A DNA stretch of 63,987 nt, the filler included, from Dimargaris cristalligena (Eukaryota): the NCBI GenBank assembly GCA_003614675.1. It is 5 parts of 5 records of this genome, joined end to end, with 100 filler letters (N's around TTAATTAATTAA, not from the genome) between each part and the next. Parts side by side here need not be neighbours in the genome. Positions count along the whole stretch, not along the records: positions 12,876 to 25,622 come from ML003030.1; 4 more parts are not named here. One strand, given 5' to 3'. The position numbers and the translations under genes are program-made. A model generated the notes under the pieces. The model was not told where the DNA came from and ran no database searches. It saw nothing but the letters and a program-made list of their open reading frames with translations. Below, piece by piece: positions 12,876-25,722 of the stretch (position 1 is its first letter; each line of letters opens with the position of its first letter).

Positions 12876-13427
12876 ACTGTGCGCGACACTGGTGTACAGA
12901 CGGATGGCGTTGGGGAGTTTGGGCTGCATGTACCCAATGTACAGGCCCAGTTCCACCATGGCCAGTTCAAACGTCTGGAAGTGCTCTTTTTGGACTTCAA
13001 ATAAACGGGCCACAAGCTCCACCGCTGCCCCGACTCGGACATTATTCGAAACATCCCGGCTTTCGTCGAAAATGGCGGCGAATCGATCGGTCGGGTCCAC
13101 CAGCTCCGACGGGGCCTCCTGCGAGAAATACTGGAAGGTCTGCCCAAAGTGGTACACTTCCCCCAAATCGATATAGCCGGGACCGTCGCCGTCCTCGGTT
13201 ATCTTGCTTTTCACTTTGGATTCCTCCTCGGTGGTCAAAGTGGGACGAGTGAACAGCCCATCACCTAGACCAGTAAAGTAGTCCTTGAATGCATCGAGCA
13301 TAAATGGCGCCTCGGGCACCTCGGTGGCTCCAACGGTAGGGGGGTTTAACATCATGGAGGAAAGAAGTAAATACGACGAACCAACGATATAGGCGGTGGG
13401 CCAAAGGGCCAGTCGAAGGGTTACCAT
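12876..13427 (-). CDS. Hypothetical secreted protein, 3'-truncated at the contig end
   Basis: ATG at 13427 and open frame (184 codons) running into the gap. Hydrophobic N-terminus MVTLRLALWPTAYIVGSSYLLLSSMMLNPPTVGA followed by an acidic mature region. No family recognised. Confidence 0.6.
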
Positions 13428-15174
13428 ATTTATATAGGGCGTTTTATCTGTGGGAGAGCGCTCAGAAACCTCAAACCAATGTCAAATAAATGAAAATATA
13501 TATTAATGGTTTTTCTTTTTGGGGGAGGGGATGGAGGCGTTCGAAATGAGTGGACGGACTGTCGGGAGCGGGAGGCACGTCTGGCAGGAATTCGAAAATG
13601 TAAAGATAAGCGGGCGAAACCAGGGAACCGAGCCAACTTATAGGCCAAATTCAATACAAATGGTCACAAGACGGAGGACAGGGTTTTCCTATTGCTGTGT
13701 CCATAATAACCCAAATGTATTATTGGCCCAGGCCATACACAGAGCATCGTTGCACCAGAGCCCTTATCCCCAAGTTCACTCTCGGCGGGTTGGGAAAGTT
13801 GGCTGGTCGCACCAATTGGATGGCGGAAGAAAGGAAGCGATTTCACTGTAAAAAACGACTACGCTGTTTACCGGCAATGCCTATGTCACCCCTTAGTAGC
13901 AGCGACTTAGGCCTACTGTCTCCGGTTTGACCGAAGAAAGGAAAGGAAAGGGGAGGAGAGGAGGGCAAAGGACTGTTTACCAATTAGTATCCATGAATAA
14001 CAAACCCAGCACATTGCGGAATAAAATAGGCAACTTCAATGTACGACCCTTTCCGTCTTCCCTGTGGAATCTTAGATGTTGATATTTTGAAAGCTCGCGC
14101 CATTCACTTAGGGGCTAGTCCTGTTTTACACAACTCTTCCACCCGACCTTCTCCATGGCATCTATCTAGTCGTACTATTTTAATAGGGGCGGTCCCGTCA
14201 GACATAGGGTGGTACCCCAGGCCTTACGACCGACGACCATAATGGTTTTTTGGGCCTGACTGAACAGTCCAAAATATGGGTGGAATTCAATGCAGCTGTA
14301 TAAGGTTTTGAATGATGCATGTATGGGAAAATATATAGGAGGTTCATTTTTAACTAGTAGTTTTTGCCTCATCCAACGGATTTATTGTTATACAGCTTGG
14401 TTGAACTTATCCCATATCCTCGCTTATGTCAGGAGACTTTGCGCCTTTTAATCACCCACAAGCACCGCGATACATGTACACCTGCGGTGGGCGGGTCGCA
14501 CTAAATCTGCAAAATGTCCTCCATTAACATCAAGAATGAATACGGCGTATTTCCGCTCGCCAAAACGGCTGAAAGGAAACCATCAGAAGCTCTAGACAGG
14601 CTGACGGCCCACCATTGTGCTCTTGGATATAACCCCCCCCCCTGCCGCACTTAATAGAGACATTACCAAAACCATGTCAAACGATACAATTGTGACCATA
14701 ATATTGGCCATCCGATATCTCCTTAAAAATAACCCTCCCACATGTAGAGCACTATTACTGGGTAAATGCTACGGCCCACCAGATGGAAGGGGGTAAAAGA
14801 ATAGGAATGGTTTTATTGAAACAGATTGAATAGCCGACTTGTTATATTCTGGCTCCGTAGGTAAATCGTGCACGCGGGTTTTAATTGTTGATAGGATACC
14901 ACCACAGAGTGTGGCCAAAAGTTGGTAGAAAGCAAAAGAGAAGGGGGGCAAGAGAGAGGAAATAAAGTAATGGAGAAGAATTACATACGACTGGGTAATA
15001 ATATTAAATCAACATCGCCGAGAACCCTGCCTCTCCACACACCCTCCATTCCCTTCGCTCTGGGGGACCCACTACTAATGTATGCGAACGAGCAAGCGGA
15101 CAACCCCCCGCGAAATAAGCCAATAACGGATATAACATGCCCCCAACATAATACGGGAAGACACAGCACACTCT

Positions 15175-15612
15175 CTATTTAAGGGGAATGAAACGAGAAG
15201 AGTGGGTGGCACCGATACCGGGACGACCGTGCTTGACGGGCTTGTACGAGATGGAGAATTCCCCGAGGTAGTGACCGGTCATTTCGGGCCGGACTTCGAC
15301 CTGGTTGAAGGTCTTGCCGTTGTAGACACCGACGACGCTACCGATCATCTCGGGCACGATGATCATGTTACGGAGATGGGTCTTGACCACTTCGGGCTTC
15401 TCGTTGGGGAGAGTCTCCTTCTTGGCCTTGCGCAGCTTCTTAATCAGAGCCATGGGCTTGCGCTTGAGACCGCGCTTGAACTTTCTGCGGGCACGGGCGT
15501 GCAGGAGTTCAACGAAGTCCTTGCTGGGGAGGTCCAGCAGGGCATCGAGCTCGACACCGCGGTACGAGTATTTACGGAAGGTACGCTTCTTCTTGAGTTC
15601 AACGTCGGCCAT
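15175..15612 (-). CDS. RPS15: 40S ribosomal protein S15 (uS19)
   Basis: 145 aa: [80 protein letters not shown]. Confidence 0.99.
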   Translation of the reverse strand: MADVELKKKRTFRKYSYRGVELDALLDLPSKDFVELLHARARRKFKRGLKRKPMALIKKLRKAKKETLPNEKPEVVKTHLRNMIIVPEMIGSVVGVYNGKTFNQVEVRPEMTGHYLGEFSISYKPVKHGRPGIGATHSSRFIPLK

Positions 15613-15616
15613 CTTG

Positions 15617-16266
15617 CTGGAAACGGGGAAGGTAAGGTAAGGTAGAGTCGGAAGAGAGGAGTCGGTTGGGGGAATCGGGATGGGATAGTAGGTAGAGATG
15701 AGAGGTTAGTTCAGATTCATAGGATAAAGAGATGGGATAGTTATACCCTTGTAGGTGAACAGCGGGAAAGTTAAGGGGATAACATGGTATGGCCTAGAAC
15801 GCAGCCCCGCTTGGGCAAGTGGCACGATTACGCTCCCTCCGCACGCCAACTAGCCGCATCGAACGAACCGCTGGGACAATCCCGGAAATCAACAAATGGA
15901 TGGATGGGTTGGTCAGACACGAAGGTGGCTAGCGTATATCCATTTGAACTGGTAAGCCAAACGGTGGTATACACACTTGCGAGATGTATCCATCCATCCA
16001 TCCATCCACACACTGACAAGTATCGATGGTCGATCGGGCATCGGATGTGAGCGATTCGGAGGCTGTACTAGTCGGCGGCGAGAGGGCGAGTCGTTGCTAT
16101 CGTTAAAATCGGCATAATGCACCGCTAGCGGGGGTAGGATAAACCGGCGAGGTGGCGGATAGTAGGAGCAGCATAGCGGAAACTAACCTGGTGTATGAAT
16201 CGACTACAGTCAAGGAAGTGAAAGAGGAAGGACAGGATGAGTGCACCTTATTACAATATCTTTATA
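15617..16266 (-). promoter_or_regulatory. RPS15 promoter, non-coding first exon and 5'UTR intron
   Basis: On the minus strand: TATAAA at 16266-16261, pyrimidine-rich leader ~16240-16188, donor CAG|GTTAGT at 16187, branch-like CTAAC near 15705, and acceptor TTTCCAG ending at 15617, 4 nt before the ATG. Confidence 0.6.
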
Positions 16267-16826
16267 ATTAGTCGTCTCCCTAGTTTGCTCGCCCACTATA
16301 ATTTCAGTGGGATGCCTCTCAAGTGGACGAGTAGCTCTAACTAATATTTCCACCATGCAAATTGGCTGCTAGACGGTTGCTCAAGGCACTAGAAGCAGAA
16401 CCAAAGTCACCTGACTACAATTCGCCAGGCTGGCCGGTTGGCTACTAATATGATGAGTGCTATATACACACAATTACCCCTAACGCCCCCACCGTGTCTC
16501 CCCCCCCCCACCTATCCATCGAAATCCAATCAAACACCAATGGGTGGGAGGGAGTGCCCTGGAAACCCCCCACAAAACTAACGGATGGGTTCGTTGAGCA
16601 CAGAGTACTGTAAAAGTATGGCTGTAACGAGAGGGGCGGCCCCATTCGATTGGGTGGAACGAATTCTACTATATATTTTTTTTTTGGTTTATAGCTCATA
16701 AGCATCTTCCTGTCTCTAGTTCCTTTACCCGGGAATTCCGTCCATTATTGAGTTATTTGACCCTTCTCCCCATTTGAACCTCGGTACATTACCCTTATTT
16801 ACTCCCGTGTAGTCGAACCTCGAGCC

Positions 16827-18285
16827 ATGACCGATACCCCAAAGAAGGAGACGAGTAGCGTCCTGGAGTCCCAAGCCGATCCCACGGCCTCCTCCACGTT
16901 TGGCTGCCGTATTCTGCGCGATGAAGCCGAGGTATTTACCCAAAACGCGTGGGACCATGCCGAATGGACCGAAGAGCAAGAGGACCTTGCTCGGAACAAG
17001 GTGGAGCTGCAAAAGCAGAATCCCGTACCCCTAGCCGACCAGGACCAATACAACGAGAACCCCGCCCAATACTGGAACGAGTTTTACACCCGCAACGAAA
17101 ATCGGTTTTTCAAGGACCGTCGCTGGTTACGGGTGGAATTCCCCGAATTATTCGCCACCCCCCCTGCCGATTCAGCGGACCCCGATAGCCTGGCCGAACC
17201 ACCGACTTCGGCACCAAAGAGCAACGGCGAGATCAAGGAAGGAGCGGCTACCAAGAACCCCCAAGACCGGTTTAACGTCATGGAAATCGGGTGCGGGGCG
17301 GGTAATGCCTTCTTTCCTCTACTGGCCGAGCATACCCACCCCGACTTCTTCGGTTACGCTTGCGATTTTTCGGAAACTGCCGTCCAGGTGGTTCGGGATA
17401 GTCCCCACTATGACCCTACCCGTGGGGAGGCCTTCGTGTGGGACCTGACCAGCCCCCATTTGCCGACCCAGGTCCAGGCCGGGACCATTGATGTGATTCT
17501 CCTAGTCTTTGTAATGTCCGCGATCCATCCCGGCCACTGGGATCAGGTTATGCAGAACTTAAATAAGGTAAATTTTACTACTGCTGCTGCTATTATTATT
17601 ATTTGGCGATGACCTACAATTAGATTCTATAGAACCTAGAATGGCTAACCCAAGCATGTTGATATTTTACGATTGTGTCATCCTAACCTCATATGACTGA
17701 TTAGTTACTGCGACCGGGCGGCATTATCCTATTCCGAGGTAAGTATCACTTTATTATATATAGTGACTATATATATATATATATATATATACGATTTCAG
17801 TTGGAACTGCCCGCTGTACTAGAAGGGAGTGCTACCGGGATTAGACGTGGTTTGCTCATAATTATTAACTGCGTGTATTGATGCTAAATGCGATTTATAG
17901 ACTACGGACGGTACGATATGGCACAACTGCGATTCAAGAGCAAGAGATTGTTGTCAGACAATTTTTATATCCGGGGTGACGGTACGCGGGTCTATTTCTT
18001 CACCAACGGTAAGTACGCCCTGCAAAAGATTGATTAGAGCATTCGATCTGATTGTGATAATATATACCAAAGTAGTCGTTTTAACCGCTGTTTCGTGTTA
18101 TTGACTTACCCAAACACTATATACATGTAACAGAACAACTAGCGGAGCTATTCGGCAAGTACCTTCTCATTGAACAAAATGCAGTTGATCGACGACTTAT
18201 CGTCAACAGACATAGGCAGATTAAGATGTTCCGAGTTTGGCTGCAGGGTAAATTCCGGAAGCCTTTAACCTCGTCCACCAAGTAG
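16827..18285 (+). CDS. TRM140: tRNA N3-methylcytidine (m3C32) methyltransferase, Trm140/METTL2 family
   Basis: Exons 16827-17567, 17705-17738, 17901-18008 and 18134-18285 (~344 aa). Motifs [31 protein letters not shown] (SAM-binding), [48 protein letters not shown]. Confidence 0.93.
17768..17791. repeat. (TA)12 microsatellite in TRM140 intron 2
   Basis: Read directly. Confidence 0.9.
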
Positions 18286-21279
18286 TAGCCTGCTCGATGA
18301 CCTGCTATTGGACCTCCGAGGCATTGCGGAACGGTGACGGTATTTTGACACTTTCAATGGCGACCATCGGATTTGTAAATATTAAATATTATTATTAGTA
18401 GTATTTGGTCAGACCGGAATAGTTAAGTCATTCACATCGCGGGACGTTTCCATTGAGCTGGGGGTCAGGAGTCTTCCAGGGTTGTCTCCAGAATTATAGC
18501 CAAAAGTCTAACAGGACGAAAATTTTCAGCAAAAAGTTCATACCGATGGCGGAATGCCCCTCCCCCCAAGGTTTGTGATTGCGTACTTCTTGTTGACTTG
18601 GCAGAGGGGATTAGCGGCTTTCTAAGTCTAGAAGGAACACTGACCATTTTAAAAATAAATAATCTATTAGGAACAGGTCAAGATGCGCCTCTTATTTTTG
18701 GGTAATCGACTCTGATAAGCACCGCCTAATAGGGGTATTTTAAATTAAGAAGAGGGAGGAGAGGACTTACTTATCCGTCGCCGGGCCAATTGTGGCTGGA
18801 GCGCGCCACCAACGAACCGGATTGGTTAGCCCAGGGGGAAAACGACAATTTAGTATACCATGACAAGGAAAACCTGCCTGGTATATATTCCGACAAAGGG
18901 GGGAGGGGCGCCACCCAGTGAAAACCAGGAGGCTGGAATAGAAAGGCAGGCAGGGGTTGATGGACCAATTAGAATGGAGGGCTAGACAATATACCCCGCT
19001 GGCCTATGGAATGCATTTTAATATACGGGAGATTAAGGACCCTAGTATAGAAAGGGGATGTAGTTTATTAATGAAGAAATGGATCCTGATCAGGTTTAAT
19101 TATTTGAAAAACTACTGCGCTAGATGTACGGCGAAACTAATAAACCAAGGTTCGATTTACATGGTACGAAAAAAAACAACACCCCTAGCTACCCATGTGC
19201 GCTGGGGTAATATATATATATATGTACATTTGTCTACATCTCAACAACTTTTGCATTCCTCCGCTTCCCATTGGATCTCCCCACAATTCCGCTCATTCTT
19301 TAAATCATTAACTCTACCCCCTCTCTCTCTATATATACATATTCCACTGATATTATCCCTCAGCAGACCCGCACATAGTCCTGCAGCCTCTTACCAGCTA
19401 TACTGGGTCGTATCCAGGCTCTTTACCCATGCCCTTCTTAATCGGCGTTGGGGACCCGCTTACGCGGCCTGTCTGTATTAAGAATCTTATTCCCTTGCAT
19501 TCGTCATCCACACCCACACCCACACAAATGGTGGTCGAGCTCCATTCAGTATGGAGTAAAGGATATTCCCTCAACCCGATTGGGAACGGGCCCGGTCTTG
19601 GCATGCCATTGAGAAAGGGGTATCTATAGTCTTTTGGAATTCTGACAAATCATGTCGACCTTTCTATGCAGCGGACTAGTTCAAAGTCCGCCCGAAGGAT
19701 TGGTAGGGTCGGTTGCGTTGATAATTTCTGGTTAGTGGTGTGGTGGAATGCACGTATTGATTGGCTAAAGCCCAGCCAGCGGGGCTCTGATTTGATTGGG
19801 ACTGGGCTATCTAATGAACACTACCGGCATTTAAAGAGACGCTGCTGGTCATGTTGACGGCATTCGGGGTTGGTCTTCCGTCTCGAACGCGTCTTCCGAA
19901 GAACTGGTAGAGGGTATCCATTGAGTTAGGGAAGATTCGGTGTTCTTCGGCCTAATGAATTAAACCCGGCCTGATTTCTACGACATGGCAATCGTCGCAA
20001 GTCGCTCGTTGTTAAATGCCGGGGGGATTGCCTAGCGCCTCATTATTTCAGTCGCCCCACACTCAGTAGGTCTCCTTCAATCTCCTGCCTCAAATGGCTT
20101 CATTTTCATTTTTCATTTGACCTTCCCTTCCCCTCACCTCGCAAGGCAAACATTCTATTGAATTAATCACCCATTGCATTGCTGATGCATTCACTTGTGG
20201 CTCAGCCGGCCAACTCCTAGGATATTAATACTCCGCCGCCTCCATTATACTACACTAATCCGCATTAGTTGGTTTGTACTTTGATGGAACAGATTGTTCT
20301 GCCCGTATTTGTTGGCCCTTTACTTTCCTCATTCATCCATACCCGCTCGCCTAGTGCCTATATCCCGTGGATTTTTCCTCCCCCTGGCCGTCACTCGCTC
20401 CTTAACTATCCCCTTGTGGCTCTACTGTAGATTCTCTTTTTTCATTCCGGCTGTCCTCATTGAGGCATTCTCTCGCAGGCCTGCTCGTTCGTCCGTGCAA
20501 CCGGTTGGACCTATACCAAGCCGTTATTCTGAGGTGTCTCGCACTCTGCAACTTACCGGCGCGTGCAAGTCGGTTGAGGCGACGGCTCTACGGTTGCACC
20601 ACTTGCCTTGTACCCCCCCACCCAACCCTCCATTCGCAGCGGACCAAGTCTACCGTTGGTGCACTTACTTACCGCACGACTAGGTCGCTTGCCTCGTTGG
20701 CATATATATATATATAGTACTTCGTCTAGTATAAAAGCCCCTTGGATATGTTACCTCCCGTTTTCTTACTTTCTATAGTTGCTGCTCACTCGACTCCTCT
20801 CCACCCCTCTCAACCAACTTTTCCCCTCCTAAACCCTCATCGGTCTCGGCTACACCGCTATCCTCAGGGGCCTCCAGAGTCCAGCCGCGTATAAGTGATA
20901 AGAGTGACCCTGGTTTCGGGGTCTTATCCATCTACTATTACTCACCGCTCCTCCTGGTCTTTACCTCGCCCATTCCCTTCTGTTTTGCGCATATACGCCT
21001 GCTACTAGTTTCAAAATACCTTCCTATAGGTTACATGGGTCAGCCTTGACCTCCTAGTTATTCTTTACCACCCCCGTCTCTCCTCTATTGCATTGCTCTC
21101 CCCGTCTCTGGAATACCTATTTCGAGTCCAAAAGTCGGCCCTATACCTACCACGCCACTCCCAGCCGCCCTCTATCACCAACAAAAAAAATCTCCGAAGC
21201 TGACCCATATCTATCGGTCGCGTGTACACGCCCCCCGCATTTTCCCTTGACTTTATTATATTACTTCTTCCCGCCTTCC

Positions 21280-24200
21280 ATGCGCTCCAGAGCGTCTCTG
21301 CCAAGTGAAGGCACCGCTGCCACCCTTGGCGGTACTTCCCAACAGACCCTCTACGAAATGGCCCCTCCCATGGACGCTGACCAAACTCCAGCCGCTCGGA
21401 ATCCCGTCGGCACCCCGCCCTCGGCTGCCCTCGCTCTCCCCAGCCCTAGTATGTCCCGTGTGATTCACAGCGAGGGCCGACACTCCCTGAATCTGTCTGG
21501 TGAACTTCGTCGCCGGCTCCTCGACGAGTCCCCGCTGCACCCCTTGTCCAAGGGCCCCTCCGCTGTAGCCATGGCTCTGAGTCGGTCCCTACCTTCCCCC
21601 ATGCCCCTGGGAGCCGCCCCGTCGGAAGTCGCGGTGGCCTTGAATTCCAACCTAAATCGCCTACTGCGGCATAAACCTAGCTTCTCCCAGTCGTTCGTCA
21701 CCAGCACCAACGGCTCCATCAGTTTGGCTGATATGTCATACGACCTACCCGACACCTACCAGGTCGACTTTAACTGCCCCGATTCGGATTTAGCCAAGCG
21801 ATACAAGTATCCCACGAATTACCAACGCACCACCAAATACACCCTACTGACTTTTCTGCCGCTCAACCTGTTTGCACAGTTCCGCCGCTTTTATAATATT
21901 TATTTCCTACTCGCCGCCATTTTCGTCTTGATCGTACCATCCCTTGATCCCGTATCCGAAGTACTTCCTCTATGTATCGTTCTCACCATCACTGCCGTCA
22001 AAGACGGAACCGAAGACTACAAGCGGTATCGTCAGGATCGACGTGTCAACAGCCTGGAATACATCACTGTTAGTCACGGCGAACGCATGCCCATTCTCTC
22101 CAAGGATATTCGACCGGGTTATATCATTTACCTCCAAAAAGGCCAGACCGTACCCGCTGATTTGATTCTGCTGAGCACTAGTATAGAGGACGGCACCGCT
22201 TTCGTTGAAACCATGGATCTGGATGGTGAAACCAGTCTCAAGCGGAAGGCAGCCATGCGGTTTACCCAACCCTTCGCCACCGATGCCAAAGTTTCCACCT
22301 TGCGGGGTCGCATTCAGTGCGAATTCCCCAACGAAAAGCTCGACCAAATTGACGGCCGGGTCCATTTTCATCGGGCGTATGCTTCCGAAAAACCCTCCGT
22401 GCTTACTCCCGAAGGGGGGTCATCCGACCCGCCGGACACCAGCGTCCAGCCCTTCACAGCCGACAACGTGCTGCTGCGCGGTACGCATCTGCGGAACACT
22501 GACTTCATCTACGGCGTGGTGGCGTACGCCGGGGTCGACTCCAAAATCATGCGCAACCTCAAGAATACCGGCCTCAAATTCTCCACGATGGAGGGTCGCC
22601 TCAACCGCCTGATTATCGCCATCTTCGTATGGAACGCTATTATGCTGACCGTCAGCGTGGTCCTGTCGTTGGCCGACTCGGTAAGTACCTTCGGGATTGG
22701 TTGGAGGGGGATTGTTCATTCATTGTTGAGCTTCGCTGGTATTTTTTTTAACGGGCGGTCCATGGTGTCCATCCCTTCCCATTCTTCCGCTCCCTCATCT
22801 TTTGCTTTTTGGCACTGGTTTTCTAAGTGGCGATCCTTGGCTGCATTAGGAAAGGATACATTGAGCCGTGTTTCGGCTCTTGGCGAAAATCTATTTAATG
22901 GCCCTCAGATATCATTTGAGAGAATGGGGAACATCGTTTGCTGGGTCAACCTTTCCCTGCCATATTCCTTCATTCCGACTACAGTGCGATTGGGCATTCT
23001 GTGTTCCTCACTGACTTCCCACCCACATACTAAATTATTTATCTTACCATCTGTTCCCTGCTATGCATGTACACCTTTCTCCTAACCTGCCCATGCTCTA
23101 ACCTATTCTTAGTCCCGCTCCAAGGCCTGGTACCTCGGCGACCAGTCGGTGGTCCCCACGGAGGTATTATCACAGTTCATGGTGTTCTTCGTGCTGTATA
23201 CCTTCCTGATTCCCATCTCCATTTTTGTTTCGATTGAACTGGTGCATATCCTCCAGGCCCTGTTCATGCGGTGGGACCGCCGTATGGTGTCGTTCCGCCC
23301 CTCGACTAAAGGTACTGCCGTCGAAAAAAAGCACATGCATGTCCATAATACCAACCTGCACGAGGATTTAGGGGCCGTCGAATACATTTTCTCCGATAAG
23401 ACGGGGACGTTGACTAAAAATATCATGACGCTGTCGAAATGGGGTATCGGCTGTCGGGTTTTCGATGAGGCCGAGGATCCGGGTTGTCTCGGCGAATACA
23501 TCCGCACCCTCGACCCCAGTTCCCCACACTACCAGCAGTACACACGCTTTTGGCAGACCATGGCGCTGTGTCACTCAGCCATTCCCGTCCAGGAGGAAAC
23601 CGGAGAGAAGGCCACGCTGGCCAGCCTAGTCTACGAGGCCCAATCCCCCGACGAATCCGCTTTACTGAGCGCCATTCGCAACAATGGGTTTATTTTCCAC
23701 CAACGGAACAAGCGGTCCATGGAAGTATATCGCCAGGAGCTCGAGGGGGATGTCCCCGTAACCGATGCGAAGCATCCCCCCTATACGTGGCGGGACTCGC
23801 CCGTTCGCCTGGACCGGTTCGAACTACTCTTTACTTTCCCCTTCTCCTCCGACCGCAAGCGTATGTCCGTTGTGGTACGCACCCCTGAGGGCATCCTCTT
23901 GCTCTGCAAAGGGGCCGATAATATGATGATTCCCCGGCTTTGCTCGGAGACCACCGACCCCGCCCAGCTTGCCCATACCGAAACGTCCATCCACCAGTTT
24001 TCATTGGCCGGTCTCCGTACCTTAGTCGTTGCGGCACGCGCCCTCACCGTCAGCGAATTTGCCGAGCTCCAAAACGTGATGGAACAGGTCCAGTGCGCTC
24101 TTTCCCACCGTGAACAGCGCTTAGCGGAGGTTGCCGAATGGATCGAAACGGACCTCGAGCTGCTGGGCTGTACCGCCATTGAAGATCGTTTGCAGGACCA

Positions 24201-25605
24201 GGTCCCCGAAACCATTGAGTATCTGCTGCGCTGCGGTATTAAGATTTGGCTCCTTACCGGGGATAAACAGGAAACGGCCGTGAAGATTGGCATGAGCTCC
24301 CACCTGATTACTTCCCAGATGAACCTGATGGTACTCAACGCGGCCAATGAATTGGAGTGCGCCGAAAAACTGGACGAGTTCATCACGATTGCCGAGGGCC
24401 GGGAAGATGGCGAAGAGAACGCCCTGGTGGTTAACGGGGCTACTCTGGAGTATGTTCTAGAGGATGTACCCCTTGCTAAGAAATTCCTCCGGTTGGGAGT
24501 GACTTGTCATTCGGTGATTTGCTGCCGAGTCACCCCGCTGCAAAAGGCCCGCGTGGTCCAGCTGGTCAAGAAACGTCTACAGAAGGTGACGCTGAGTATC
24601 GGCGACGGGGCCAACGACGTGTCCATGATCCAAGTCGCCCATGTGGGGGTGGGAATCGAAGGTATGGAGGGGGCCCAGGCCGTCCGGGCCAGCGACTACT
24701 CCTTTGTCGAATTCAAGAGCCTCCGCCCTTTGATTGCGATCCACGGCCGGTACTCGTATATCCGGATGGCCAATATTGTATTTTATTCGTTCTACAAGAA
24801 CATTGTGCTAATCACGATCCAGTTTTGGTTCGGCTTTAACAACGCGTGGTCGGGCCAGACGCTCTACTTGGACTATTTCCTGACGCTGTTCAACACGGTG
24901 TTTACCTGTCTCCCACCGGTCGTGGCCGCGTGCTTTGATAAGGACGTTGACGAGCGGCTGGTCTTGCTGTATCCCGAACTCTTCCGGCAGATCCGGAATA
25001 ACGTATACTGGAACTGGTGGGTGGTTGGTCACTGGGGGGCCAGTGCGTTGTGGCACTCAGGAGTCATTTACGGTTGTCTTATTTTTCTGCAACAATCCTC
25101 GGTGACGTATGCGTACGGCTCGGGCATGAGTTATCTCGTGCAGGAATACTTCGTGGGTACGGTCCTCTTTTCGGTGGTGACCGTCAAAGCCTGCCTACTG
25201 ATGCGGCACTGGGTCTGGCCCTCCGTCTTCGGTATTGGCATCACCGTGGTGGTCTACATGCTGATCCAGTTCGGTTTCGAACTGTTCAATTTCGTGGACA
25301 AGGGCACTTTCGGTGATGTCCACCGCATGCCGGGTCTGTGGCTGGTTAGTATGCTGGCCGTCGTGATGTGTCTGTTACCCGATGTTGTGGTTAAATATTG
25401 GTGCCATCAGTACCACCCCGAGGACGCGATTATTGTCCGCGAACGGGCACATCTCCTTCGAGCCCAGGCGGCCCGGAATCGCGTAGACGGCGAGGGTGGT
25501 CATTCCCCTCGTGAAGGTGGTAATGGTGGTGATCACTCGGATGATGGTGATAGTGTCTCCCAATCCCTCACTTTAATTACCCGGAATTCCGAAAGTTCCT
25601 CCTAA
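21280..25605 (+). CDS. P4-type ATPase (phospholipid flippase, Drs2/Dnf/ATP8-like)
   Basis: Exons 21280-22680 and 23113-25605 (donor GTAAGT at 22681, phase 0; ~1297 aa; start codon uncertain). Motifs TTKYTLLTFLPLNLFAQF, DGETSLK, LIPISIFVSIE, FSDKTGTLT (phosphorylated Asp), SPDESAL, FSSDRKRMS, LTGDKQETA, IGDGANDVSMIQ. Confidence 0.95.
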
Positions 25606-25622
25606 ATAAGCGGGTCTCTACT

Positions 25623-25722
25623 NNNNNNNNNNNNNNNNNNNNNNNNNNNNNNNNNNNNNNNNNNNNTTAATTAATTAANNNNNNNNNNNNNNNNNNNNNN
25701 NNNNNNNNNNNNNNNNNNNNNN
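25623..25722. other. Artificial contig-joining linker
   Basis: 44 N + TTAATTAATTAA + 44 N. Confidence 0.97.

Noticed and set aside
15202..15645. Long antisense or alternate-frame ORFs over RPS15 (also 27273-28061, 50334-51149, 56812-57576)
   Set aside because: These are shadows of GC-rich, codon-biased real genes and carry no independent motifs.
16827..17567. Programmed +1 frameshift as in yeast ABP140/TRM140
   Set aside because: The gene reads through by ordinary GT-AG splicing and lacks a long N-terminal extension.
12351..18285. tRNA-Thr lying near its modifying enzyme Trm140, suggesting an enzyme-substrate cluster
   Set aside because: They are on different contigs separated by an artificial linker.
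22681..23112. Apparent split of the P4-ATPase into two ORFs (likewise AASS, TANGO6, CBK1)
   Set aside because: Explained by canonical in-phase introns, not pseudogenisation or recoding.
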